Shown: piece by piece, positions 28,065 through 38,190 of the stretch
Position numbering within the stretch: position 1 is the first letter of the stretch
Layout of the letters: each line of letters begins with the position of its first letter
From: Candidatus Dormiibacterota bacterium
Lineage (GTDB): Bacteria > Chloroflexota > Dormibacteria > Aeolococcales > Aeolococcaceae
DNA: 64,000 bases
Assembly (NCBI GenBank): GCA_963718525.1
Contig: OY970355.1
Location: 672,001 to 736,000, forward strand
Direction of reading: 5' to 3'
Notes under the pieces: generated by a model
The model's database searches: none
Told to the model about the DNA's origin: nothing
The model's input: only the letters and a program-made list of their open reading frames with translations
Made by a program: the position numbers and the translations under genes

Positions 28065-31000
28065 ATGTTCAGAGGTACTGCGGGACATCGTGACCGACAC
28101 TATCCGGGATTCCTGAGCTATCGCCGGCGTGCAGCCCTCCTGGCCGCTGCGACCGGGGTGCCGCTCGTGATGATTGGGCAGGCGAGCGGCGTCGGCGCGG
28201 CCTCGTCAGCTACGCCGACGCCGGCCGCGGCGAATCAGCCGATGACCGCCGCACTTGCCGCGCAGCTGTCGACGAATGTGAACCAGCGCGTGATCGTCAT
28301 CCTCAAGGGTCAGTTCGCGGCAGCCCCCGTGGGCAGCGCTCAGGCTGGAGCGCGGGCTTCGGCGATCGCGGCTGTCCAGGCGCCTCTGATGAGTGAGCTC
28401 CAGCAGGTGCATGCGACCCACATCAAGAACTACCAGCTCGTCGATTCGCTGGCCGCAACCGTGTCGAGCGGAGAGAAGACACGCCTTGAGGCGAATCCCG
28501 CGGTTGCGGAGGTGATCCCCGACGTGACCATTCATGGGGCACAGCCTGAAGCGGCTCCCGCAGCAGCGTCTCCAACGACCGCTGCGCCCGCCTCGCTGAC
28601 GCCGAACGTGCTCCCGGGCGCGTGCTCGGCCACTACACCACAGCTCGCTCCGGAAGGGCTCAGCCTGACCAACACGGACAGCGACACCTCCGGGCAGCCG
28701 ACGGCGCGATCCCTCGGCATCACCGGCGCGGGCGTCAAGGTCGCCTGGATAGCCGATGGCATCGACCCCAACAACATCAACTTCATCAGGGCGAACAACA
28801 CGTCCGCGTTTGTTGACTACCAGGACTTCACAGGGGACGGTCCCGGGCAGCCCACCAACGGTGACGAGGCCTTTCTCGACGCCAACACCATCGCCGGGCA
28901 GGGACTGCACACCTACGACGTGAGTCAGTTCTCGGCTCAGCCGGACCCGACCGCGTGCAACATCCGCATCGAGGGGGTCGCCCCGGGTGCGAGTTTGGTC
29001 GGGCTCGACGTCTTCGGCACCTTCGAGGACACCACCGAGTCCAACTTCCTGCAGGCGATCAACTACGCGGTCGAGACCGACCACGTCAACGTCATCAATG
29101 AGTCGTTCGGGAGCAACCCGTTCCCCGACATCACGTCGCTCGACGTGACCAAGCAGTTCGATGACGCAGCGGTTGCCGCGGGTGTCACCGTCGCCGTGTC
29201 GTCGGGCGACGCCGGTTCGACCAACACGATTGGCTCGCCGGCTACGGATCCGAACGTCATCGATGTGGGCGGCTCGACGCAATTCCAGTTCTATGCCCAG
29301 ACCAATTACGCCGCCGCCGACTACTTCGCGACCAACGGCTGGCTCAACAACAACATCAGCTCGCTGAGCTCGGGTGGCTACAACCAGGCCGGCGCGACGG
29401 TCAACCTTGTGGCGCCAGGTGACCTCAGTTGGGCCTCGTGCGACGCGAGCCCGGTGTTTTCGGGTTGCGTGAACTTCAAAGGCCAGTCGTCGCCGGTCGA
29501 GGAGGCTGGCGGGACCAGCGAGTCCTCGCCGTTCGTGGCCGGCGCCGCCGCCTTGGTCATCCAGGCGTACCGCAACACCCATGGCGGTGCGACCCCCACG
29601 CCTGCCCTCGTCAAGCAGATCCTCGACAGCACGGCGACCAACCTCGGTGCTCCCGCAACCGAGCAGGGCGCGGGTCTCCTCAACAGCTACAAGGCCGTCC
29701 AGCTGGCGGAGTTTGTTAGCACTGCCGATGGGTCGCCGTCGCCGACCGGCGAGACCTTGCTGACGTCGACAGCCCAGCTCAACGCAGTTGCGGCGCCCGG
29801 CACCAAGGAGACGTTCCCGGTGATGATCACGAACACCGGGCAGTTCACCCAGACGGTGCATCTCAAGGGCCGGGCGTTGGGCAAGGATGCCAACGTCCAG
29901 ACGGGCAGCGTCACGCTTAATGACGCCACGAGTCCGCAGTTTGTGAACTATCAGGGAATCACGAATAACTACGGCACCTTCACCTTCACCGTGCCCACGG
30001 ATCAGGACCGGCTCGACGCGTCGATCGCCTACCCGGGGAATCCCGCAAAGGGGAACAACCAACGAGTGCGATTGATCCTCATCGATCCCAATGCCAACTT
30101 CGCCGCACACTCGCTCCCGCAGGGCGTCGGCAACTTCGGCAGCGTCGATGTCATCGCGCCGGCTGCGGGCACGTGGACGGGCGTGATCTTCAGCGACGAC
30201 GCGTCGCACAACGGAACCAACGGTGCGGTCCCGTGGCGGGTCGCCACGCAGGACTACGTCACGTTCGGCTCGATCAACCCGGCGACGATCGTGATTCCCA
30301 AGGGAGCCACCAAGAAGGTGGTGGTGACCGAGAAGACGCCGGGATCCGCAGGCGACGCGAGCGGCTCGATCGTCCTGACGTCCGACTACGGACTTGGAGG
30401 CACCACCTCGATTCCGGTCACGCTGCGGAGCCTGATCAAGTTCTCGAAGAACACCGGCTCGTTCAAGGGTGTGCTGACCGGAGGCAACGGACGCCCAAAC
30501 GGTGAGGGCCAGATCGACTACTACTCGTTCATCGTCGGCGCCGGGACGAACAACATCACCGCCGACGTCAGCTTGACCAATGACGCCGGAGATCCGGTCG
30601 GCGCATACCTGGTCAGCCCGGATGGCACCGTGCTTGGCTACGGACAGAACAGCATTAACGGCAGCCAAGGGCTGTCGCTCACGGCGTACACGGCGAATCC
30701 CGCAGCGGGCACATGGACGCTCGTCGTCGACTTCGCCGAACCGGTTGCGGGTGACGAGGTCTCGCAACCCTTCACCGGGACCGTCAAGTTCAACAACGTG
30801 AGCGTCAGCGCGTCGGCACTACCCGACTCGACAAGCACGACCCTTCCCGCGGGGACGCCGGTCACCGTACCTGTCACGATCATCAACAACGGCACCCAGG
30901 CGGAGGACTTCTTCGTCGATCCACGGCTGAGCACCAGCGAAACGGTCTCGCTGGCTCCCTTCAGCCAGGCTTCGGGCCTCGCCCTTCCGTTGGTCGTCGG

Positions 31001-31523
31001 GTCCCCCGTATGGTTCATGCCGACGGAGTCGTCGTCCGTCTCCGTGACCGCGACCGCGTCCCTGCCCATCGAGTTCGACTTCGGCCCGAATCAAGGAGAT
31101 CCGGATCTCGTGAGCTCCATCGGAACGTCGCCGTCCGGCTCGTACACCCCGTCAGGAGGTGAGCTCAACAACGGTTTCTGGTTCGCAACACCGAGCGAAA
31201 TCGGGCCGTATCCCTCCGGGGCTCCGGCGGGGACTGTGAGTATGGCGATGTCGGCCACCATCAGATCCTTCGACTCGACGATGACCTCGACGACTGGTGA
31301 CCTCGAACCGGCGTCACTCAACCCGGCGACGACGTTCTCGCCGATCGTCATCAACCCGGGCCAGTCGGCGATCGTCAACGTGACCATCACGCCGTCGGGG
31401 ACGTCGGGCACGCAGGTCGAAGGCAACCTCTTCATCGACGATTTCCTGGCGAACGTCCCCCCGTACGGCCAGCAGGGGGCCAACGAGCTCACCGGTCTGC
31501 CGTACGCCTACACGATCGGCTGA
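28065..31523 (+). CDS. Large secreted subtilase (S8/S53 clan) with prodomain and C-terminal beta domains
   Basis: Signal peptide, [48 protein letters not shown]. Confidence 0.88.
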   Translation: MFRGTAGHRDRHYPGFLSYRRRAALLAAATGVPLVMIGQASGVGAASSATPTPAAANQPMTAALAAQLSTNVNQRVIVILKGQFAAAPVGSAQAGARASAIAAVQAPLMSELQQVHATHIKNYQLVDSLAATVSSGEKTRLEANPAVAEVIPDVTIHGAQPEAAPAAASPTTAAPASLTPNVLPGACSATTPQLAPEGLSLTNTDSDTSGQPTARSLGITGAGVKVAWIADGIDPNNINFIRANNTSAFVDYQDFTGDGPGQPTNGDEAFLDANTIAGQGLHTYDVSQFSAQPDPTACNIRIEGVAPGASLVGLDVFGTFEDTTESNFLQAINYAVETDHVNVINESFGSNPFPDITSLDVTKQFDDAAVAAGVTVAVSSGDAGSTNTIGSPATDPNVIDVGGSTQFQFYAQTNYAAADYFATNGWLNNNISSLSSGGYNQAGATVNLVAPGDLSWASCDASPVFSGCVNFKGQSSPVEEAGGTSESSPFVAGAAALVIQAYRNTHGGATPTPALVKQILDSTATNLGAPATEQGAGLLNSYKAVQLAEFVSTADGSPSPTGETLLTSTAQLNAVAAPGTKETFPVMITNTGQFTQTVHLKGRALGKDANVQTGSVTLNDATSPQFVNYQGITNNYGTFTFTVPTDQDRLDASIAYPGNPAKGNNQRVRLILIDPNANFAAHSLPQGVGNFGSVDVIAPAAGTWTGVIFSDDASHNGTNGAVPWRVATQDYVTFGSINPATIVIPKGATKKVVVTEKTPGSAGDASGSIVLTSDYGLGGTTSIPVTLRSLIKFSKNTGSFKGVLTGGNGRPNGEGQIDYYSFIVGAGTNNITADVSLTNDAGDPVGAYLVSPDGTVLGYGQNSINGSQGLSLTAYTANPAAGTWTLVVDFAEPVAGDEVSQPFTGTVKFNNVSVSASALPDSTSTTLPAGTPVTVPVTIINNGTQAEDFFVDPRLSTSETVSLAPFSQASGLALPLVVGSPVWFMPTESSSVSVTATASLPIEFDFGPNQGDPDLVSSIGTSPSGSYTPSGGELNNGFWFATPSEIGPYPSGAPAGTVSMAMSATIRSFDSTMTSTTGDLEPASLNPATTFSPIVINPGQSAIVNVTITPSGTSGTQVEGNLFIDDFLANVPPYGQQGANELTGLPYAYTIG

Positions 31524-31553
31524 GGCGATCAACTGACCAGCTGAGTCATTGGC

Positions 31554-31583
31554 AAGGCCCGGACCGCGGGAGGTCCGGGCCTT
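31554..31583 (+). terminator. 12-bp perfect hairpin downstream of the subtilase
   Basis: AAGGCCCGGACC-gcggga-GGTCCGGGCCTT. Confidence 0.65.
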
Positions 31584-32149
31584 CGCCTGTCGAGCACATT
31601 CGGAGGCCTCAGCTGTTGCGAGCATGGGAGGTGTGAGTAACAGCGCGGCCCTTTTCCGTTGCGGTAGAACGGATTTCGGCACTGCGCGTGCGCCGACCGG
31701 CAAGCTATTTCGCGGTCGCCGCTCTCGGTGCAGGGTCGGCGCGCAGCCCGCAACTCGCGCACTTCCAAAGGGCGCGGAATCGCACGTCGGCGGCGTGGAG
31801 GTGAGGGCGCTCGCCCTGCATATCGGTGTATGTCAGCGGAATGACACGACGCGCGCCACACCGGCTGCACTGAAGGTCAGCCATGGACCCGAGTCTCCAA
31901 AGGCCAGGTGACGGGCCGATCGCCGATGTTGTAACGGGTGCGAACCGGAACTCCCGAGGCCGGGGTTGCGTCCCGGATGCGTTAACCCCGCCTTCATCAA
32001 CGGCTCACTAGGATGAGACGAGACCTAACCCATTCCCCGACCAGAGACCCCTTGCCGCTGGTGCTTGGGGTCTCGCTTTGTTTGCGGTGCGGTGCCTTCA
32101 GTCCCCTCAGGCACCTGGGTGCTCGAGAGACTCGCCTCAGCGCAGAGGT

Positions 32150-32360
32150 GCAAGCCGAAGTCGACGACACCATCACCAGGATTTGGACCGAGTGGGGGCT
32201 GGAAGCGCTCAGCCCGAAGCAGCGCCTGGCGGTGATCCTCCACCACATGCTTGGACTTCCCGTCGCCGATGTCGCGAGAGCTTCGGGGTCGTCAACAGAG
32301 ACCGTGCGCACGCACCTCAAACGTGCTCGCGTGCGCCTTCGTACCCCGACTCTCGGGTGA
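32150..32360 (+). pseudogene. ECF sigma factor region 4 remnant
   Basis: ALSPKQRLAVILHHMLGLPVADVARASGSSTETVRTHLKRARVRL; region 2 not found upstream. Confidence 0.7.
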
Positions 32361-32368
32361 GGAACGTG

Positions 32369-32602
32369 ATGACTGAATTGAAGCGTGATTTGGAAGAGGT
32401 CGGAAAGACCATTTGGCCTGATGCCGAGCAGGTTCGCCGTCGTGTATTTGGTAGCGTCCGAGGCAAGCGTTGGCCCTCGCCTCGGACCCTGGTGGCAATC
32501 TTGGCCACAGCCGCGATTGCGGCTTTGATTGGGGCTGTGTCCGCTCCAGCGATCATCGGGGATGCGTGTGGCTTCCTGATGATGTTGTCGCCTCCGCTCT
32601 AG
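32369..32602 (+). CDS. Short membrane protein, possibly a truncated anti-sigma factor
   Basis: Follows the sigma remnant; MTELKRDLEEVG...RRR then a hydrophobic helix. Confidence 0.45.
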   Translation: MTELKRDLEEVGKTIWPDAEQVRRRVFGSVRGKRWPSPRTLVAILATAAIAALIGAVSAPAIIGDACGFLMMLSPPL

Positions 32603-32895
32603 ATCGTCACCAGTGATATTGGGGACGACCTTTCAGGCGCTCATTGGCTTCGTTGCAGACGACCGTCCGGGCAGGCTTGTGGGGCCCGCGGGCGATGTGC
32701 TATACCGGCCGCCCCCACCCACCTGGCCGCTTGCGGCCGTTGCCACGATTGGAGGTGATCACGGAGGCGGCCAAGAGTCTCCGGCACCGCGGAAGCCAGG
32801 CTTCGGAATGAGGAGCCAAATGTCAGTCGGGTGACCCAGCGCGTCCTGCGAAGGGGGCGAGGGGTCGCCGCCGTGTTCCAGAGAAGGGCGAACAA

Positions 32896-34296
32896 ATGAC
32901 TTATCCCGTGCATCGGTCGGTCAGAGCGTCGATTGTCTTGGCGGGACTGGTGGCCGCAACCGTCCCAGCGGCCACTGCGGCCGCAGCACCAGGAAACCCT
33001 TTGCCGCAATCCAGCCCGACGGCTCAAGCCGACCTATCCCCGCTAAGCCAGCTTGCGGCGGGAATCAACACGGTCGGCGTGATGGACTTCCCGGCCTCCT
33101 ACGGAGGCATGCTCGTCACCGACGACCAGGACATCAAGGTTTACGTTGCTGGTAACGCCGCCGCCCTGATCGAGCGCGTGGGAAGTCTGGCAGCAAACCG
33201 CATACATGTCACCTATCTTCGAGTGAAGCATAGCCTGGGGTACCTTAATCGGATTGCCGAGGAGGTGGCGACCGACAATCCCGTTCTCGAAGCGGATGGA
33301 TTCCATCTTGACAATCTGTCGCCAGATGTGGTGCACGGGACACTTAGCGTAGTCATGGAGACGCCTCCAGGGACGGCGCGGCCAGCGACGTTGAGCAGCG
33401 CCGCCGTAAGCCAAGCGGAAGCTTTTCTCGGTGCGCACTATGGAACGATTTTCACCGTGCAGCCCACGACAGCAACAGCCCCATCCATTCAGGACTTCCC
33501 GGTTCCATGCACGGAGAACAATCGCAACTGCGACTTCACCCCCTTCTGGGGCGGTGACAGCATCGCGGTGCGCAACAAGTCTAACAACAGCCCATTCAGC
33601 CTTTGCTCGACCGCCTTCGCCGCCTACTCACCAAATTATGGAAATGGCGTCTTTACCGCAGGGCACTGCGTGGGAGACTCCCCAGCCAATCAAGCCAATC
33701 TATATACCAACTGCGCACCCCCTTACGAGGCTAAGGACTGTGCTGAGAAGTATCTTGGCGAAACCAAATATGACGAGAACGGCAACACGGCAGCGCGTGA
33801 CTGGCAGTTCGCTTGGTCGAATGGTGCATCGGATTATGAAACCGTATACGGCGGCAACGCCCTTGAGTACCCGACAAACCATTACCAGGTCGTCGGGTGG
33901 GAAGCGCCATTCACGCGCTGCTGCCTGACCGAGGATCCGGCCGGCTCTGGCGAAGTCGCAGGACTGCAACCTGTGACATTTTCGGGTGGGTCTGCGACCT
34001 CATGCCAGGAGTTTTCGGACAACGGTGTGAATAACAAGTTCATGACCTGTGGAGTCGGAGAGCTCAGACCTGGCAGCAACAGCTATCGTGTGGGCGGGGG
34101 CTCCGTCGGCACCGTCTGCCAGGGAGGAGACAGTGGTGGACCGGTGTACGAGCGTCAATCGACTTACGATGTGAAGGCTGTAGGCATCCACATCGCCGGC
34201 GGCAACAACGACTGCTACTACGAGTTGCTCAGCTACATCTTCTCGTATTGGGCCGGGGCCGTATACATTCTTACAACGAATGGACCGGAAGACTGA
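32896..34296 (+). CDS. Secreted S1 chymotrypsin-like serine protease (alpha-lytic/streptogrisin type) with prodomain
   Basis: Signal peptide, CSTAF, TAGHC, GDSGGP; cysteine-rich. Confidence 0.88.
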   Translation: MTYPVHRSVRASIVLAGLVAATVPAATAAAAPGNPLPQSSPTAQADLSPLSQLAAGINTVGVMDFPASYGGMLVTDDQDIKVYVAGNAAALIERVGSLAANRIHVTYLRVKHSLGYLNRIAEEVATDNPVLEADGFHLDNLSPDVVHGTLSVVMETPPGTARPATLSSAAVSQAEAFLGAHYGTIFTVQPTTATAPSIQDFPVPCTENNRNCDFTPFWGGDSIAVRNKSNNSPFSLCSTAFAAYSPNYGNGVFTAGHCVGDSPANQANLYTNCAPPYEAKDCAEKYLGETKYDENGNTAARDWQFAWSNGASDYETVYGGNALEYPTNHYQVVGWEAPFTRCCLTEDPAGSGEVAGLQPVTFSGGSATSCQEFSDNGVNNKFMTCGVGELRPGSNSYRVGGGSVGTVCQGGDSGGPVYERQSTYDVKAVGIHIAGGNNDCYYELLSYIFSYWAGAVYILTTNGPED

Positions 34297-34338
34297 GTCC
34301 CCCTTCGGGACTAGAAGGCTTTAGAGGACTTAGGGGGT

Positions 34339-34378
34339 AATTGCAAGTGGTCAATGGTGACGTTGGCCACTTGCAGTT
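34339..34378. terminator. Imperfect long hairpin after the S1 protease
   Basis: AATTGCAAGTGGTCAA-tggtgacg-TTGGCCACTTGCAGTT. Confidence 0.5.
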
Positions 34379-34803
34379 GACTACGCGCCGGCGGAGCCGG
34401 TAGCGATGCCTGACGCGACATCACAGGACATCTTCGACTCGAGGCGACTGCCGCGGATCCGGCCCTCGGCCACGGGCCTCCCGCTCATCTAATGCCACAT
34501 TAGTTGCTATGACGACTTATGCCGAGCTCGCGTCGCCCGAACTCGACGGCATCGGCTGGTCCGATAACTCTGATGCTCATGATCGAGTACGACCCGAGCG
34601 CCTCCCTAGGTCGAGCGAGAGGGTATGCCCACGTGCATCAACTCGTGGAGCGTGCCTTCGAATAACCACGGTGCGAAGATCGCATGCCGAGAGGCACCAT
34701 GTGCGGAGCGCGTAGCGAGGTAACGTGAGAGCCGTGGGCCTCTCTGAATGCGGCAATTCAGGCGCGCATGGAGGTTGGCATGACGAGTGTTGCAGTCCTC
34801 GGC

Positions 34804-36219
34804 TCAGGGAAGATCGACGGAGGATTGGCTAAGGCTAGCACCATCACGGCGGAGAAATATGCCCCGTCCTGGAGCCGCTGGAAAGCGTCCGGCGTCGAAG
34901 ATGATCTCGCCGCGAGATACCGTGGTCGTCGGCCAGCCGCGCAGTGTCATTCCTTCATAAACGCTGAAGTCGCTCGATCCCTGCAGTTCTTTCGCGACCA
35001 CTTCGTGCTCATGATCTACATCAATGATGGTGAAGTCTGCATCCGACCCTTCGGCAAGAGTCCCCTTGCGCGGGTGTAGCCCGAAACACTTCGCAACGTT
35101 GCTGCTCGTGACCCGGGCAATGCTCGTGATCGACAGCCCACTGGTCACGGCGATCGGTAGCAGGAGACCAGATCCGCTGAACGCCGAGTTCTGCTCCCAA
35201 AAGTCACTCATCGCCTTCTCGTCGGCGCGGTAGGGAATTTCATCCGACCCGAGAGTGTCCAGTCGCCCGTCCTCGATGGCATCGCGAATTGCTTCCTGGT
35301 CTGCACTCGAGCGGATGGGCGGTGACACCTTCGCCGCTTCTCCCGCTTGGTCGGTGAGCACTAGATAGTGAGGGCATGACTCAGCCCGCACATCCGTCTG
35401 AAGGATTCGAGCTTCGTCCACGGCCTGAAGAGCAGTCCGGTTCCCGATGTGGGGAATATACAGAGGAACGGCATAAGCCCGCGAGAGCGCGGCCGCCTGG
35501 TGGATGGCGAGTGATTCTGAAATTGGTGGTCGGGCCTCGTTCCAGGCCGCAAGACCGCGACGTCCGGTACCTGAAATTCTGCTGGTGGCAGCGGCAATCA
35601 CTTCGGAGTCTTCACAGTGGACGTTGAGCCGGATTCCATGCCGTACGGGGTGGAGTGCCTCGAAAACCCTGACCAGGAAGTCCAGGTCAAAGTCAACTGC
35701 AGCCGTCTCGACGGTGGCCTGGTGGTCGAGTGCGTCCATTCGCATCCGCTTCGCGAGCGGCATGCGCGAGTTCATGTAAATCTTGAACGACGTCACTCCC
35801 AACTTCCTGATGTACTCAGGGATTTCAGCGAGATGGCGATCGTTGAACAGAGTGAGATGAAATGTGTAATCCTGCAGGAGCGCCGCCTGTGCAACCGATA
35901 TCCGATCGGGAACCACGGTGTGATAGCTCTCAAGGCGCCGTAGGTATGAGATCAGGGTGGTGACGCCACCGGCTGCCGCGGACCGAGACTCGAGTGGCCA
36001 TCGTGACCGTAGCGGCGCGACGAGGCCGGGATGGGTGTGTGGATCGATGACTCCTGGAAGCAGGTACTTGCCTTCGGCGTGGAGGATACGTGCCGCTTGA
36101 ACGCGTGATCCGTCCACCACGCCAACGATCAGTCCATTGCTGACTCCGAGGTCGCCGTCCACGACGCCTTGATCCGGATGCACGATTCGGGCATTGCGGA
36201 CGAGAAGGTCGAGCTCCAC
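34804..36219 (-). CDS. Cyclic amidohydrolase (dihydropyrimidinase/allantoinase/dihydroorotase family), paralog B
   Basis: PGVIDPHTH, TSFKIY, VHCED, IPHIG, GSDE, GSDAD. Confidence 0.9.
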   Translation of the reverse strand: MELDLLVRNARIVHPDQGVVDGDLGVSNGLIVGVVDGSRVQAARILHAEGKYLLPGVIDPHTHPGLVAPLRSRWPLESRSAAAGGVTTLISYLRRLESYHTVVPDRISVAQAALLQDYTFHLTLFNDRHLAEIPEYIRKLGVTSFKIYMNSRMPLAKRMRMDALDHQATVETAAVDFDLDFLVRVFEALHPVRHGIRLNVHCEDSEVIAAATSRISGTGRRGLAAWNEARPPISESLAIHQAAALSRAYAVPLYIPHIGNRTALQAVDEARILQTDVRAESCPHYLVLTDQAGEAAKVSPPIRSSADQEAIRDAIEDGRLDTLGSDEIPYRADEKAMSDFWEQNSAFSGSGLLLPIAVTSGLSITSIARVTSSNVAKCFGLHPRKGTLAEGSDADFTIIDVDHEHEVVAKELQGSSDFSVYEGMTLRGWPTTTVSRGEIIFDAGRFPAAPGRGIFLRRDGASLSQSSVDLP

Positions 36220-36240
36220 TGTGCTATCGAAGGCGACAAC

Positions 36241-37674
36241 TCATGCGGACAGGCGCTGCAGTTGGGGATATCTCGTGATGAACTGGCCGCGGCCTGGATC
36301 CACCGCCATGTGACCATCCTCACAGATCACCTCGCCTCTCGATACGGTCACGTCAACACCCCCACGCAGACGCATCCCTTCATACACAGAGAATGACTGC
36401 AAGGATGCGAGATCCGCAGCATGAACCGTCCATTCACGGTCAAGGTTGACGATGATGAGATCGGCGTCGCTGCCCGGAAGCAAGCTCCCTTTCATGGGAT
36501 ACAGCCCAAACGCCTTGGCGACATTCGCCGAGGTCATCTGCGCAACCTGCCGGATCGTGAGTTCGCCTGTGTTGACGCCTGCGCTCAGCATCACCGGCAT
36601 CATCAAACCAAAGCTCCCGAAACCGGGGCGGGTCTTCCAGATGTCTGCGCCTCGCTTGACAGCCTCAGGATACGGGATGTGGTCGGTACCGATGGTCGAG
36701 AGCACGCCCGCACGCAGCGCGTCCCAGGTTGCTCGATTGTCCTCCTTCGTCCGCACAGGGGGCATGACCTTCAGCAGTTCGGCCGCGGGGCTCTCGAGGT
36801 TGTGGACAAGATAGTGAGGGCAGGTCTCAGCGACGAGGTTTGTTCCCGCCGCGAGCTCCTCCACAACCGCGTCGATCGCGAGGCGGCTCCCAATGTGCGG
36901 AAAGTACACGGGTACATTGAGGCGGCGTGAAAGGTATGAAACCTTTCGCACTCCCAGCGCCTCTGCCTCTTCAGGCCGAGCGTAGTGCCACGCCAGTAGA
37001 CCTCCCAGCCCCAGTGCGCGGACGCGTTCGGTCTGCCTGATGACGATATCGGCCTCCTCGACGTGCACGCTCAGTCGGGATCGCACACGAAGCGCTGCCA
37101 AGGCCTCCATCACGCTGATGAGCACGCCGTCGTCGTAGTCCAGGTCGGCGGTCTGGATCTCCTCGTCCTCGACAAGCGGGTCAATCAGGAAAGCCTTTGC
37201 CACCGCTGCCTTCAGGTTGGTATAGATCTTGAAGGAGGTGACGCCGAGCTCCTCGACATATCGGGGAATCTCTGCGGCCTGCGCCTCGTTGAAAATGGCC
37301 AGATGAACGGAGAAGTCCTGGTAGTGGTAGGCAGGATCGGCCGCGATGTGAGGTGGGAGCGATTGCAGGTACAAGTCCGGCCGCCGATAATATCTGACCA
37401 GAGTGGTGATCCCACCAAGAGCGGCGAACGCGGACTCTGGGGCGACGCGCTCGCTGAGTGGTGGAATGAGCCCGTAATGGCAATGCGGGTCAATAGCACC
37501 CGGCAATACGAAGCGCCCAGCCGCGTCGATGGTGCGCTCGGCGTCGGGTGCATCTTCGGAAAAGGGGAGTAGCGCGGATACTTTGCCGTCCTCGACGACA
37601 ACGTGGCCGTGGAGTAGTCCTGCCTCTGGGAGGACTACGACCGCGTCGCGCACCACCAACTGTGGGCGAGGCAA
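36241..37674 (-). CDS. Cyclic amidohydrolase, paralog A
   Basis: PGAIDPHCH, TSFKIY, VHVEE, FPHIG, ETCPHYL, GTDH. Confidence 0.9.
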   Translation of the reverse strand: MPRPQLVVRDAVVVLPEAGLLHGHVVVEDGKVSALLPFSEDAPDAERTIDAAGRFVLPGAIDPHCHYGLIPPLSERVAPESAFAALGGITTLVRYYRRPDLYLQSLPPHIAADPAYHYQDFSVHLAIFNEAQAAEIPRYVEELGVTSFKIYTNLKAAVAKAFLIDPLVEDEEIQTADLDYDDGVLISVMEALAALRVRSRLSVHVEEADIVIRQTERVRALGLGGLLAWHYARPEEAEALGVRKVSYLSRRLNVPVYFPHIGSRLAIDAVVEELAAGTNLVAETCPHYLVHNLESPAAELLKVMPPVRTKEDNRATWDALRAGVLSTIGTDHIPYPEAVKRGADIWKTRPGFGSFGLMMPVMLSAGVNTGELTIRQVAQMTSANVAKAFGLYPMKGSLLPGSDADLIIVNLDREWTVHAADLASLQSFSVYEGMRLRGGVDVTVSRGEVICEDGHMAVDPGRGQFITRYPQLQRLSA

Positions 37675-38163
37675 CTACGCGTCCTCGAGGGGAGTGACCA
37701 GCATCTCCACTGTATTCGTCGATGCCTCCCAGCGCCGCGTCAGTCGCGCGCCAAGCAATTCGGTGATCACGAAGTCAAGATTGTTATAGATCGGGTTGAC
37801 CGATGGCTCGAAGTGACCCCCGAGAACGCGGCCGGTCGCGTCCGAGATCGCCCCGTGCAGGTGAGTCACTCGCCCGGAGCCGCCGTCATCGCAAACCAGC
37901 CCTTGCCCCGCAAGGAATTCAACGCGGTCGTCGATCGTCTGCGGCATCAGGGCCGCAGCCGCTTCAGGATCATCGGGCTGGTGCAGGCACTTGAAGGTGG
38001 CTGTACTCAGGCTGCCGTATGCCGCATTGATCGCGGCATAGCGTATTCCGTGTTCGTCGCAAACAGCCTCGAGGCCGCCGATAAGATCACTGCCGGGTAA
38101 GAGGCGGCCGACGATGGTGCGTCCCGTCCGCACAGCGATGCTGAGAAATGCGTCAGTTGACAC
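37675..38163 (-). CDS. PPC/DUF296 domain protein
   Basis: GRLLPGSDL, GSLS, HLHGAISDATGRVLGGH. Confidence 0.88.
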   Translation of the reverse strand: MSTDAFLSIAVRTGRTIVGRLLPGSDLIGGLEAVCDEHGIRYAAINAAYGSLSTATFKCLHQPDDPEAAAALMPQTIDDRVEFLAGQGLVCDDGGSGRVTHLHGAISDATGRVLGGHFEPSVNPIYNNLDFVITELLGARLTRRWEASTNTVEMLVTPLEDA

Positions 38164-38190
38164 GCCGGCCTCCCTGGAAAACTCGCGACA

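Noticed and set aside
28206-30767. 853-aa antisense ORF
   Set aside because: Shadow of the GC-biased subtilase gene with no recognisable motifs; the same applies to most overlapping ORFs in the track
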